From NCBI GenBank assembly GCA_024404415.1, contig JAKSPX010000001.1:1-42859 (forward strand): a DNA stretch of 42,859 nt, written 5' to 3'. Below are positions 27,062 to 34,600 of this stretch, piece by piece. The notes under the pieces were generated by a model. It saw nothing but the letters and a program-made list of their open reading frames with translations, was not told where the DNA came from and made no database searches. A program made the translations under genes and the position numbers. Source of the stretch: Clostridia bacterium. GTDB taxonomy: Bacteria > Bacillota > Clostridia > Oscillospirales > QAMX01. Each line of letters opens with the position of its first letter. Within the stretch, counting starts at the first letter, position 1.

Positions 27062-27097
27062 CGAAAAATCTATCCCCCGGAAACCGGTTTCCGGGGG
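27062..27097 (-). terminator. Rho-independent terminator after the Gfo/Idh/MocA gene
   Basis: Perfect 24-nt palindrome CCCCCGGAAACC/GGTTTCCGGGGG (27074-27097), followed on the minus strand by AUAGAUUUUU. Confidence 0.75.
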
Positions 27098-27118
27098 AGC
27101 ATTATATGTATGGATCTT

Positions 27119-28300
27119 TTACCCGATATATGATTGGCTCATATCCTCCACGACCTGCTCGCGGAGGTTCTTTTTATAGGAAGAGCCTTTGATCTTTTCA
27201 TTGAGCTTTTCGAGATACAGATCTTCGTCGATGGGAAGCTCAATGGTCTTATCCAGCCACGAGGAGAGGAAGGCCGCGTTGGCGATGGTCAGGCCGTTGA
27301 TGCCCTCGGGGCCCTCGGCGATCAGCGGTTCACCGCGCAGGATGTGCGCCGCGAAGGCGTTGAGGACGATCTCATGCGCCGCGCTTCTGCCGTCGTGCTC
27401 GACGGTGATCCAGTTGCCCTTGGGTTTGTCGAATCCGCCGGGAGCTTCCTTCGTAAAATCGGAGAGTGGGCGGGAAAGCTCGCAGATCTTCAGGGTGTGG
27501 TGCTTTGCCGCTTCGTCCACGTCGCAGAGAAGCTGTGCACCGTCCAGTGTGACCTCCAGACGGTTGGCGCCCGGCCAGTCGCCGGTGGAGGTAATGAAGG
27601 TGCCGGTCGCGCCGTTCGGATACTCGAGATAGATGGTCACATCGTCTTCGACCTCGATATCGTGCCATTTGCCCTCGTGGCAGAAGCCGCGGACCTTCGA
27701 AGGCATACCGCAGATCCACTGGAGCAGGTCGAGCTGGTGGGGACACTGGTTCATCATAACGCCGCCGCCTTCGCCCGCCCAGGTGGCACGCCACGAGCCG
27801 GAGTCGTAATAGCTCTGCGGGCGGTACCACTCGGTGATATTCCAGCTCACGCGGCGGATCTCGCCGTATTTGCCGCTTTCGATGATCTCCTTCATCTTCC
27901 GATAGAGCGAATTGGTCCTCTGCTGGAACATGATGGCGTAGACCTTGTCGCTGGTCTTGGAAAATTCGATGGCTTCGCGCACCTGCTTGGTGTAGACGCC
28001 TGCTGGCTTTTCGCTCAAGACGTGGAGGCCTGCCTTTAATCCGGCGATGACCATCGGCGGGTGGAAATAGTGCGGTGTGGCGATGACCACCGCGTCACAG
28101 AGGCCGGAGGCCATCAGCTCATCGGCCGTAGAGAAGCACGCGACGTCCGGCAGAAACTCCTTTGCGCGGACGAATTTTCTTTCGTCGATATCGGCGACCG
28201 CGACCAGATCGACCTCCGGGAGCTTATTTTCGGCGGCGCTTTTCAAGTAGTTGCCGCCCTGATTGCCGATGGCGATCACACCGAGACGAATCTTATCCAT
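27119..28300 (-). CDS. Gfo/Idh/MocA family NAD(P)-dependent oxidoreductase
   Basis: N-terminal Rossmann region IRLGVIAIGNQGGNY, the EKP motif (HVLSEKP) and a C-terminal alpha/beta domain; 393 aa. Confidence 0.85.
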   Translation of the reverse strand: MDKIRLGVIAIGNQGGNYLKSAAENKLPEVDLVAVADIDERKFVRAKEFLPDVACFSTADELMASGLCDAVVIATPHYFHPPMVIAGLKAGLHVLSEKPAGVYTKQVREAIEFSKTSDKVYAIMFQQRTNSLYRKMKEIIESGKYGEIRRVSWNITEWYRPQSYYDSGSWRATWAGEGGGVMMNQCPHQLDLLQWICGMPSKVRGFCHEGKWHDIEVEDDVTIYLEYPNGATGTFITSTGDWPGANRLEVTLDGAQLLCDVDEAAKHHTLKICELSRPLSDFTKEAPGGFDKPKGNWITVEHDGRSAAHEIVLNAFAAHILRGEPLIAEGPEGINGLTIANAAFLSSWLDKTIELPIDEDLYLEKLNEKIKGSSYKKNLREQVVEDMSQSYIG

Positions 28301-28329
28301 AAAAATCCCTTCCTATATAATATATAAGT

Positions 28330-28359
28330 AAAAAGGGCACACTCGTGATGCGCCCTTTT
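28330..28359 (-). terminator. Terminator after the uxuA/TIM-barrel pair
   Basis: AAAA-GGGCACA-loop-TGCGCCC-TTTT; a 7-bp stem including one G-U pair, with a U-run on the minus strand. Confidence 0.55.
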
Positions 28360-28372
28360 ATGAAAGCTTTGC

Positions 28373-29152
28373 TTATTTCAGGAGGCTCTGCATGAAGTCC
28401 CAGGATTCTTCGGTGGCCTTGAAGGCATCGCCGTCGACCCAGTCGTTATCCTGCTCATAGGCGATGTAGGGGATCTCGAGCTCGCAGGCGGCTTCGTAGC
28501 AATCCTTGAGGTTGACAAGGCCCTTGCCGAGCGAGGTAAAGCGGCGGTAACCCTCGTTATCGAACGCATAGTCCTTGAAGTGGAGGACCTTGACGCGGCC
28601 CTTCATTCTCTTGAGGAGCTCCACCGGGTCGCAGCCGGCGAAGTGCGCCCAGCCGACGTCGGGGATGAAGTTGAAGAGGGCGGGATCGGCCTCGTCGATG
28701 AGGAGATCCATCATGCAGTTCTTGTGGTCGTCGAGGCGATAGAACTCAAAGGCATGGCTGTGGTAGTTGAAGGTCATGCCGGCGGGCTTGAGGGCCGCGC
28801 CGACGGCTTCAGCTTCCTTGATGAACTTGCGGACGTTGGCGGAATTGCCGCGGGCCGGGCCGGGCGCGCTGCCGATACCGATGGCGTCGCAGTCAATGGT
28901 CTTGTGATGGGCGATGACGTCAGCGATGTCATTCTGCATCCACGCGAAATCCTTGTGGGTGACGCAGACCTTCATGCCGTGCGCGTCGAGGATCTTCTTC
29001 TGCTCCTCGGCCGGGATCGGGCCGATGCCGGAGATCTGAACGTCCTTGACGCCCCATTTTTCGAGGCGGGCAAGGGTGGCGTCAAAATCAGGGGCGGTCT
29101 GGATGAAATTTCTCAGCGTGTAAAGCTGGATAGCCATGGTGGGCTTCTTCAT
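28373..29152 (-). CDS. Sugar phosphate isomerase/epimerase (xylose-isomerase-like TIM barrel)
   Basis: MAIQLYTLRN...VQISG...HSHAFEF...HFKD pattern typical of the AP_endonuc_2 fold. Start at ATG 29152 (GGAGG 8 nt upstream). Confidence 0.8.
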   Translation of the reverse strand: MKKPTMAIQLYTLRNFIQTAPDFDATLARLEKWGVKDVQISGIGPIPAEEQKKILDAHGMKVCVTHKDFAWMQNDIADVIAHHKTIDCDAIGIGSAPGPARGNSANVRKFIKEAEAVGAALKPAGMTFNYHSHAFEFYRLDDHKNCMMDLLIDEADPALFNFIPDVGWAHFAGCDPVELLKRMKGRVKVLHFKDYAFDNEGYRRFTSLGKGLVNLKDCYEAACELEIPYIAYEQDNDWVDGDAFKATEESWDFMQSLLK

Positions 29153-29170
29153 ATCTATAACCTCCAAAAT

Positions 29171-30214
29171 TTATTTCGCAAGATCTTTTTCGACCGCTTC
29201 GAAGAGACCGGCGAGATAGGTCGCGCCGAGCGCGCGGTCAAAGAGGCCGTAACCATAGCGGCCCTTTTCGCCCCAGATCATGCGGCCGTGGTCGGGACGG
29301 ACGTAGCCTTCAAATCCATTGGTGACCAGCGCCTTGACGATGCCGTACATATCCAGCGACCCACAGTCGGTGGGATGGCCGACTTCCTGGAACTGGCGGT
29401 CGCCGGTGATCTTGATGTTGCGCAGATGGGCAAAATGGATGCGGTCGGCAAATTCGCCCGCCATTTTGACCAGATCGTTATCCTTGCTCGCGCCGAGGGA
29501 GCCGGTGCAGAAGGTGAGGCCGTTGTTCTTTTCCGGAACAAGGTCGAGGAAGCGGCGGAGGTTCTTTTCGCATGTGATGATGCGCGGCAGGCCGAACATG
29601 CCCCATGGCGGATCGTCCGGGTGGATGGCCATGTTGACGCCCGCCTCCTTGGCGACCGGAATGACCGCCTTGAGGAAGGTTTCGAGGTTTTTCCAGAGTT
29701 GCTCCTCGTCGATCTTGGAATAGGCGTTCAGGAGCTCTTTAAGGCCTTCCTTGGTGTAGCTCGCGTCCCAGCCGGGAAGAGCGAGGTCGCCCTTGAGGGG
29801 ATCCATGGCGAGAACGGTCTCTTCGTCGTAGGCCAGAGCGTTCGCGCCGTCGGGCTGCTGATGCTCCAGCTCGCTTCTGAGCCAGTCAAAGACCGGCATG
29901 AAGTTATAGCAGATGCACTTGACGCCCGCTTTGCCGAGGCGGCGGACATTTTCGCAATAGTTTTCAATGAGCTGCGGAGCCTTTTCATTGCCGAGCTTGA
30001 TATCCTCGGGCACGGGGACGCTTTCGACGACCTCAAACTCGAGACCGGCGTCTTCCGCCTGCTTCTTGATTCTGAGGATGCTCTCTTCGGACCACACGCC
30101 GCCGGGCTTGACGTCGTAAACGGCGGAAACGATGCCGGACATGGTCGGGATCTGACGGATCTTCTCGAGCGTTACGGGATCGTCCGCCCCATACCAGCGG
30201 AAAGTCATTTTCAT
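29171..30214 (-). CDS. uxuA: Mannonate dehydratase
   Basis: MKMTFRWYGADDPVTLEKIRQIP...GIVSA...NFMPVFDW.R are typical of UxuA. Start at ATG 30214 (AAGGAAGGA RBS); the track N-terminal extension has no support. Confidence 0.9.
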   Translation of the reverse strand: MKMTFRWYGADDPVTLEKIRQIPTMSGIVSAVYDVKPGGVWSEESILRIKKQAEDAGLEFEVVESVPVPEDIKLGNEKAPQLIENYCENVRRLGKAGVKCICYNFMPVFDWLRSELEHQQPDGANALAYDEETVLAMDPLKGDLALPGWDASYTKEGLKELLNAYSKIDEEQLWKNLETFLKAVIPVAKEAGVNMAIHPDDPPWGMFGLPRIITCEKNLRRFLDLVPEKNNGLTFCTGSLGASKDNDLVKMAGEFADRIHFAHLRNIKITGDRQFQEVGHPTDCGSLDMYGIVKALVTNGFEGYVRPDHGRMIWGEKGRYGYGLFDRALGATYLAGLFEAVEKDLAK

Positions 30215-30275
30215 GGGGATTTCCTTCCTTTCATTTATGTGCGGAAGCCTTCCTTCCGGGGGTCTTGATACAAGC

Positions 30276-30304
30276 ATTATAACATTCTTCCGATACAAAT
30301 TCAA
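30276..30304 (-). promoter_or_regulatory. Putative uxuA promoter (TTGAAT-17-TGTTATAAT)
   Basis: Minus strand TTGAAT (30304-30299), a 17-nt spacer ending TGT, and TATAAT (30281-30276). A CTTG-ATA-CAAG inverted repeat and a CGGAAG/CTTCCG hairpin follow in the 5' UTR. Confidence 0.55.
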
Positions 30305-30326
30305 CCAACTTTTTTCGTCCCGATTG

Positions 30327-30355
30327 TGGAAAAAGCGGATAGAGTGTGATATAAT
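30327..30355 (+). promoter_or_regulatory. Putative promoter for the phosphodiester glycosidase gene (TGGAAA-17-TGATATAAT)
   Basis: Extended -10 TGATATAAT ending at 30355, with a weak -35. Confidence 0.4.
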
Positions 30356-30414
30356 ATCCGTAAATACCAACTCATTTCCCCTCCTGCGGCGTTTTTCGCC
30401 CGAAAGGTCACATC

Positions 30415-31539
30415 ATGGTCAAAAGATTTTTCAAGCGTTTTATTCTGATCCTTGCCCTCATCGGCTCGATCATTCTGGTTTTGGGCTCCGCCTGCGGCAT
30501 CGTCCTGCTTTACGGCCCCTTCGAGAGCTTACGCGATCTCTGGATCACCACGGCGATGGAGACTTTCCACCACCGTTACCTTGCCCGGTGGTTTTTCACC
30601 CCGGACTATATCGAGCTGGTCGTCGACCGCAACAAACCGCAGGAACCGGAAGAGGAGATCGACCTCGACCTCATCCACATCGGAAGCGACACCGAGCCTG
30701 CGTCCGAACCCGAGACCGAAGTTCTTCCCGCGACCGAAACGGAAACTGAAACCGAAGTCATCTCTGAAACCGAGACCGCGATGGAAACTGAGGTCATTAC
30801 GGAGACCGAACCCGAAACCGAGCCCGAACCGTTGATCGTCATTGACGACCTCAAGGGCAAGAATGAGCTCGGCGCGACCTATATCGGCTACATGATGACC
30901 ATCAGCGACCCGACTCTGGTGCGCGTGGGCGTATCCAACAAGCTCGGCAGTTACGGGCAGAAGCTCGACAGCATGTGTGAAAGCTATGACGCCATCGCCG
31001 GACTCAACGGCGGCGGCTTCTCCGACCAGAACGGCACTGGCAACGGCGGATACGCCGAAGGCGTCGTGATGAAGGACGGCGAGATCATCTGGAACAGCAC
31101 GCCCGGCAAGACCCACAGCGTGATCGGCATCACCTACGAAGGCAAGCTGGTCCTGAAAAAAATGACCGACAGCGAACTGAAAGAGAGCGACATCCGCGAC
31201 TGCCTGGAATTCTCGCCCTTCCTCATCGTCAACGGCGTCGCCACCAAGGTCGGCACTACCGGCGTCCACCCGCGCTCTGCCATCGGCCAGACCGCTGACG
31301 GCAAATTCCTCTTCCTCTGCATCGAAGGCCGCTCTTCAAGAAGCGCCGGTGCCACCCAGAAGGACGTGATCGACATCATGCTGGAATACGGTGCGGTCAA
31401 CTGCGCCAACCTCGACGGCGGCTCCTCCTCGACCCTGATCCATGAAGGCAAGCTGGTCAACAAAACCAGCTCCTCCGCCGATATGCGTTACCTCGCCACC
31501 GCTTTCGTGGTCCTCGACCCGGATAAGATCGAAGAATAA
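30415..31539 (+). CDS. Membrane-anchored phosphodiester glycosidase family protein (NAGPA/DUF2233-like)
   Basis: N-terminal TM helix, acidic Thr/Glu/Pro linker, then GLNGGGF...FSPFLIVNG...RSAIGQTADGKFLFL...ANLDGGSSSTL motifs. Confidence 0.75.
   Translation: MVKRFFKRFILILALIGSIILVLGSACGIVLLYGPFESLRDLWITTAMETFHHRYLARWFFTPDYIELVVDRNKPQEPEEEIDLDLIHIGSDTEPASEPETEVLPATETETETEVISETETAMETEVITETEPETEPEPLIVIDDLKGKNELGATYIGYMMTISDPTLVRVGVSNKLGSYGQKLDSMCESYDAIAGLNGGGFSDQNGTGNGGYAEGVVMKDGEIIWNSTPGKTHSVIGITYEGKLVLKKMTDSELKESDIRDCLEFSPFLIVNGVATKVGTTGVHPRSAIGQTADGKFLFLCIEGRSSRSAGATQKDVIDIMLEYGAVNCANLDGGSSSTLIHEGKLVNKTSSSADMRYLATAFVVLDPDKIEE
30641..30830 (+). repeat. Low-complexity (T/E/P)-repeat coding tract
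   Basis: ACCGAA/GAAACC-type reiteration encoding ...TETETETEVISETETAMETEVITETEPETEPEP. Confidence 0.7.
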
Positions 31540-31572
31540 ATCAATAATATGATTATAGAAAGGTGATTCATT

Positions 31573-32436
31573 ATGCCCAATGTATTTGTGACAGGTGCCA
31601 GCGGCACCATCGGTCACGGCATCGCGCTGGAATACGCCAAGAAAGGCTACGATGTCGCCGTACATTATAACCGTACGGCCGCTCCGGCAGAAGCACTTGC
31701 AGAGGAGATCCGTGCCCTCGGACGCAAGGCTGTGCTCATTCAGGGCAATATTGCCTCGGTCGAGGATATCAAGCGGATGTTCGCGGAATTTGAAGAAAAG
31801 CTCGGTGCTTGCGACGTGATGGTCAACAACGCCGGTGTCACGGTCATCTTCCCGCTTCTCGAAGCCGACGAAAACGAAAAGCTCTTCGACCGCGTGGTCG
31901 ACACCGACTTCAAGGGCACCTACTACTGCTCCTCGTTTGCCGCCAAGAACATGATCAAGCACAACGTCAAGGGCGTTATCATCAACATTTCCTCCAACCA
32001 CGACAAGGGCTGCTGGAACGGTTTCACCGCCTACGCCACGGTCAAGGCAGGTCTCGACAAGTTCACCATGAACGCCGCCATGGAGCTGGCCCCCTACGGC
32101 ATCCGCGTGGTCTGCATCGCCCCGGGCTACACCGCACCGGACGGCTCGAACGAGACCAAAAAGGTCTTCGGCATCGACGACACACGCTATTATGACGGCG
32201 TCGCCTCCTGCATCCCGCTCAAGAGATTTGCGGAAGCCTCCGAGATCGGCAAGCTCGCCGTCTTCCTTGGTTCTGCTGACGCAGCTTACATCACCGGCAC
32301 CACCGTCACCTGCGACGGCGGTTCTCTGCTCGCGGCGCTCTCCGGCAGATGGAAGATCCTGAACGGCGATCCGCTCGACCCGAACCTCGACGAATGGCCG
32401 GATAAGCTCCACGACCCCAACGCAAGGCATAAGTAA
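31573..32436 (+). CDS. SDR family oxidoreductase
   Basis: VFVTGASGTIGHGIA, NNAG and YATVKAG (YxxxK) motifs, plus a C-terminal ~30-aa extension. Confidence 0.8.
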   Translation: MPNVFVTGASGTIGHGIALEYAKKGYDVAVHYNRTAAPAEALAEEIRALGRKAVLIQGNIASVEDIKRMFAEFEEKLGACDVMVNNAGVTVIFPLLEADENEKLFDRVVDTDFKGTYYCSSFAAKNMIKHNVKGVIINISSNHDKGCWNGFTAYATVKAGLDKFTMNAAMELAPYGIRVVCIAPGYTAPDGSNETKKVFGIDDTRYYDGVASCIPLKRFAEASEIGKLAVFLGSADAAYITGTTVTCDGGSLLAALSGRWKILNGDPLDPNLDEWPDKLHDPNARHK

Positions 32437-32504
32437 CCGGCAGCGCGGCTACAGAGGATTCCTTTCAGCTCAAAATCAGATTTATTATAAAGGAGATTAC
32501 AATC

Positions 32505-33473
32505 ATGAAACTCGGTGTTCTCACCAACCTCTTGGCTGACCGCCCGTTTGCGGAAGCGGTCGCCTACCTCAAGTCCCTCGGCGTAGAAGCGCTGGAAATC
32601 GGCTGCGGCGGTTATCCCGGAAAAGCCCACTGCGACCCCGAAGTGCTTCTCAACGACGAAGCCAAGCTCGAAGAGTTCAAGAAGATCATTGCCGACGCCG
32701 GTATGGTCATCGACGCTCTCTCCGCTCACGGCAACCCCGTGCACCCGAACAAGGAGATCGCCGCGCAGTTCCACAAGGATTTCGAGAACTGCGTCCTCCT
32801 CGCCGAAAAGCTCGGCGTTGAAACCGTCGTCACCTTCTCCGGCTGCCCCGGCGACTCTAAGTCCTCCAAGTATCCGAACTGGGTCACCTGCCCGTGGCCG
32901 GAGGATTACCTCGCCATCCTCGACTGGCAGTGGAAAAAGGTCCTGATCCCCTACTGGAAGAAGACCGCCAAGTTCGCCGAAGCGCACGGCATCAAGAACA
33001 TCGCCTTCGAGATGCACCCGGGCTTCTGCGTCTACAACCCTGAAACCCTCCTCAAGCTCAGGAAGGCCGTCGGCCCCATCATCACCGCCAACTTCGACCC
33101 GTCCCACCTCTTCTGGCAGGGCATCGACCCGGTCGCCGCTATCCGCGAGCTCTCCGGCTGCATCGGTCACTTCCATGCCAAGGACACCCGCATCGAACCC
33201 TACAACACCGCGAAATTCGGCGTTCTCGATACCAAGCATTACGGTGACGAAGTCAACCGTTCCTGGATCTTCCGTTCCGTCGGCTACGGCCACGACCGTC
33301 AGGTCTGGTGCGACATCATCAGCCAGCTCGTCCTCTCCGGCTACAAGGGCGCCATCTGCATTGAGCACGAAGACAGCCTCATGGCTCCCGAAGAAGGCCT
33401 CGAAAAGGCCGTCGAGTTCCTCAAGGACGTCATCATCAAGAGCGACAAGCCCTCCACCATGGCCTGGGCGTAA
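32505..33473 (+). CDS. Sugar phosphate isomerase/epimerase (xylose-isomerase-like TIM barrel)
   Basis: KLGVLTN...LGVEALEIG...AFEMHPG...HFHAKD...CIEHED pattern; AAAGGAG RBS. Confidence 0.8.
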   Translation: MKLGVLTNLLADRPFAEAVAYLKSLGVEALEIGCGGYPGKAHCDPEVLLNDEAKLEEFKKIIADAGMVIDALSAHGNPVHPNKEIAAQFHKDFENCVLLAEKLGVETVVTFSGCPGDSKSSKYPNWVTCPWPEDYLAILDWQWKKVLIPYWKKTAKFAEAHGIKNIAFEMHPGFCVYNPETLLKLRKAVGPIITANFDPSHLFWQGIDPVAAIRELSGCIGHFHAKDTRIEPYNTAKFGVLDTKHYGDEVNRSWIFRSVGYGHDRQVWCDIISQLVLSGYKGAICIEHEDSLMAPEEGLEKAVEFLKDVIIKSDKPSTMAWA

Positions 33474-33492
33474 GCGATCATTCTCCAAACTC

Positions 33493-33528
33493 AAAAAACT
33501 CCTCATGCCGCGGCATGAGGAGTTTTTC
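33493..33528. terminator. Bidirectional rho-independent terminator
   Basis: AAAAAA-CTCCTCATGCCG/CGGCATGAGGAG-TTTTT palindrome between convergent genes. Confidence 0.8.
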
Positions 33529-33539
33529 TTTCATATTGT

Positions 33540-34568
33540 TTATTCACCGATGGAAGCGAGGTATTTGTCCATCTTTTCGTTGACCATGCGGGATTCTTCG
33601 GTATCGAATCTCTTTATAAGCTCCGGATTCTCAGCGAGGACGCCGAGCTCGTAGATCAATGCATCTTTGATGCCGACAAAATCCTTCATGGTAAGGCCGG
33701 TGGCGTTCAGGAGCTTGGAATTGTCGATCTTTCGATCCCAGAGGCGGTCATAATTGAGGATGCAGTAGTTGCCGTACTGGTTTGCGGTGGCATTTTCAAG
33801 ATAGTCTTTTGTATCCACCCACACGAATTCCAGCCCGGTGACCTCGGTGTAGATGTCCGCGACCTCGCCCCAGGTGAGGTTTTCGCCCGTGCCGAGCGTG
33901 AAGGCTTCGCCGAAGGCCTTCTCATTGCCGATGAGACGTGCGATCATCTTGCCGATGTTGCCCGCCCAGCCGACGCCCGCGGTCATATTTTTCGCATCCT
34001 TCGGAAGAAGCGTCTTCTTGCCAGCCTTGGCGCGGAAAAGGAGATAAGGCGCGCCGAGCGTGACAAGGTCGAGGCGGAAATGCGAGAAGGAGATCAGGGG
34101 ACGGATGATGGTCCAGTTCTTATAGCCGGAGGCGCGGAGGAAGTCCTCGTTGATGGCCTTGGGAACGCCGTAGCCCTCATTCTCCATCATGTAGGGATCG
34201 TCATACACGTCGATAAGGCGCGGGGAGGTCTCGCGGACCGGCACCTCCTTATTGGCATAAATGCGGTAAGAGGAGAGGAAGACAAGCTGGTCGGTGTTTT
34301 CAAGTAAGAGCTTTGCACGGCTCTGATAGGCCTTGGTATCGGAATAATGGATAAAATCGACGATGGCGTCGTAATGTTGAGCGGCAAAGAGTTCTTTCAG
34401 AAGCGCGTCATCCACTCTGGCGCAGATATAGGTGAGGTTCGCATTATAGGATACCAGCTTCTCAAGCGCGATGACGTCCACCAGATAGCCCATTTTCAAA
34501 AGTTCCTGAGAGGTATAGCTGCCGAGCGTACCGGCACCGGCGATGAGGAGTACTCTTTTCTTTTCCAT
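33540..34568 (-). CDS. NAD(P)-binding Rossmann-fold protein, epimerase/dehydratase-like
   Basis: VLLIAGAGTLGSY glycine-rich motif, ~340 aa. Start likely ATG 34568 (GGAAAGGA 8 nt upstream); the track start 34574 is TTG. Confidence 0.55.
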   Translation of the reverse strand: MEKKRVLLIAGAGTLGSYTSQELLKMGYLVDVIALEKLVSYNANLTYICARVDDALLKELFAAQHYDAIVDFIHYSDTKAYQSRAKLLLENTDQLVFLSSYRIYANKEVPVRETSPRLIDVYDDPYMMENEGYGVPKAINEDFLRASGYKNWTIIRPLISFSHFRLDLVTLGAPYLLFRAKAGKKTLLPKDAKNMTAGVGWAGNIGKMIARLIGNEKAFGEAFTLGTGENLTWGEVADIYTEVTGLEFVWVDTKDYLENATANQYGNYCILNYDRLWDRKIDNSKLLNATGLTMKDFVGIKDALIYELGVLAENPELIKRFDTEESRMVNEKMDKYLASIGE

Positions 34569-34600
34569 TTTCAAAATCCTTTCCTATATAATAACAGCCG

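Noticed and set aside
26881-27192. 103-aa and 69-aa plus-strand ORFs in the gap after the lipoprotein gene
   Set aside because: They run through the hairpin cluster and the terminator, then into the antisense of the Gfo/Idh/MocA gene. They have no RBS.
28580-30268. 562-aa plus-strand ORF
   Set aside because: It is antisense to the TIM-barrel gene and uxuA, both of which have strong family motifs on the minus strand.
30260-30275. CTTGATACAAG inverted repeat downstream of the uxuA -10, considered as a GntR/UxuR-type operator
   Set aside because: It has only 4-bp arms around a 3-nt centre, with no second copy and no adjacent regulator gene. That is too weak to call as a feature, so it is mentioned only in the promoter evidence.
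30641-30830. Periodic ACCGAA/GAAACC repeats checked as a possible CRISPR array or other non-coding repeat
   Set aside because: They lie in frame inside a well-supported CDS and encode a Thr/Glu/Pro linker. Units are 6-12 nt with no spacer-like unique segments, and no cas genes are present.
31336-33506. Two long minus-strand ORFs (31336-32430 and 32286-33506)
   Set aside because: They are antisense to the SDR and TIM-barrel genes, whose plus-strand products carry canonical motifs and RBSs. The antisense translations are Gly/Asp/Val/Ala-rich shadows.
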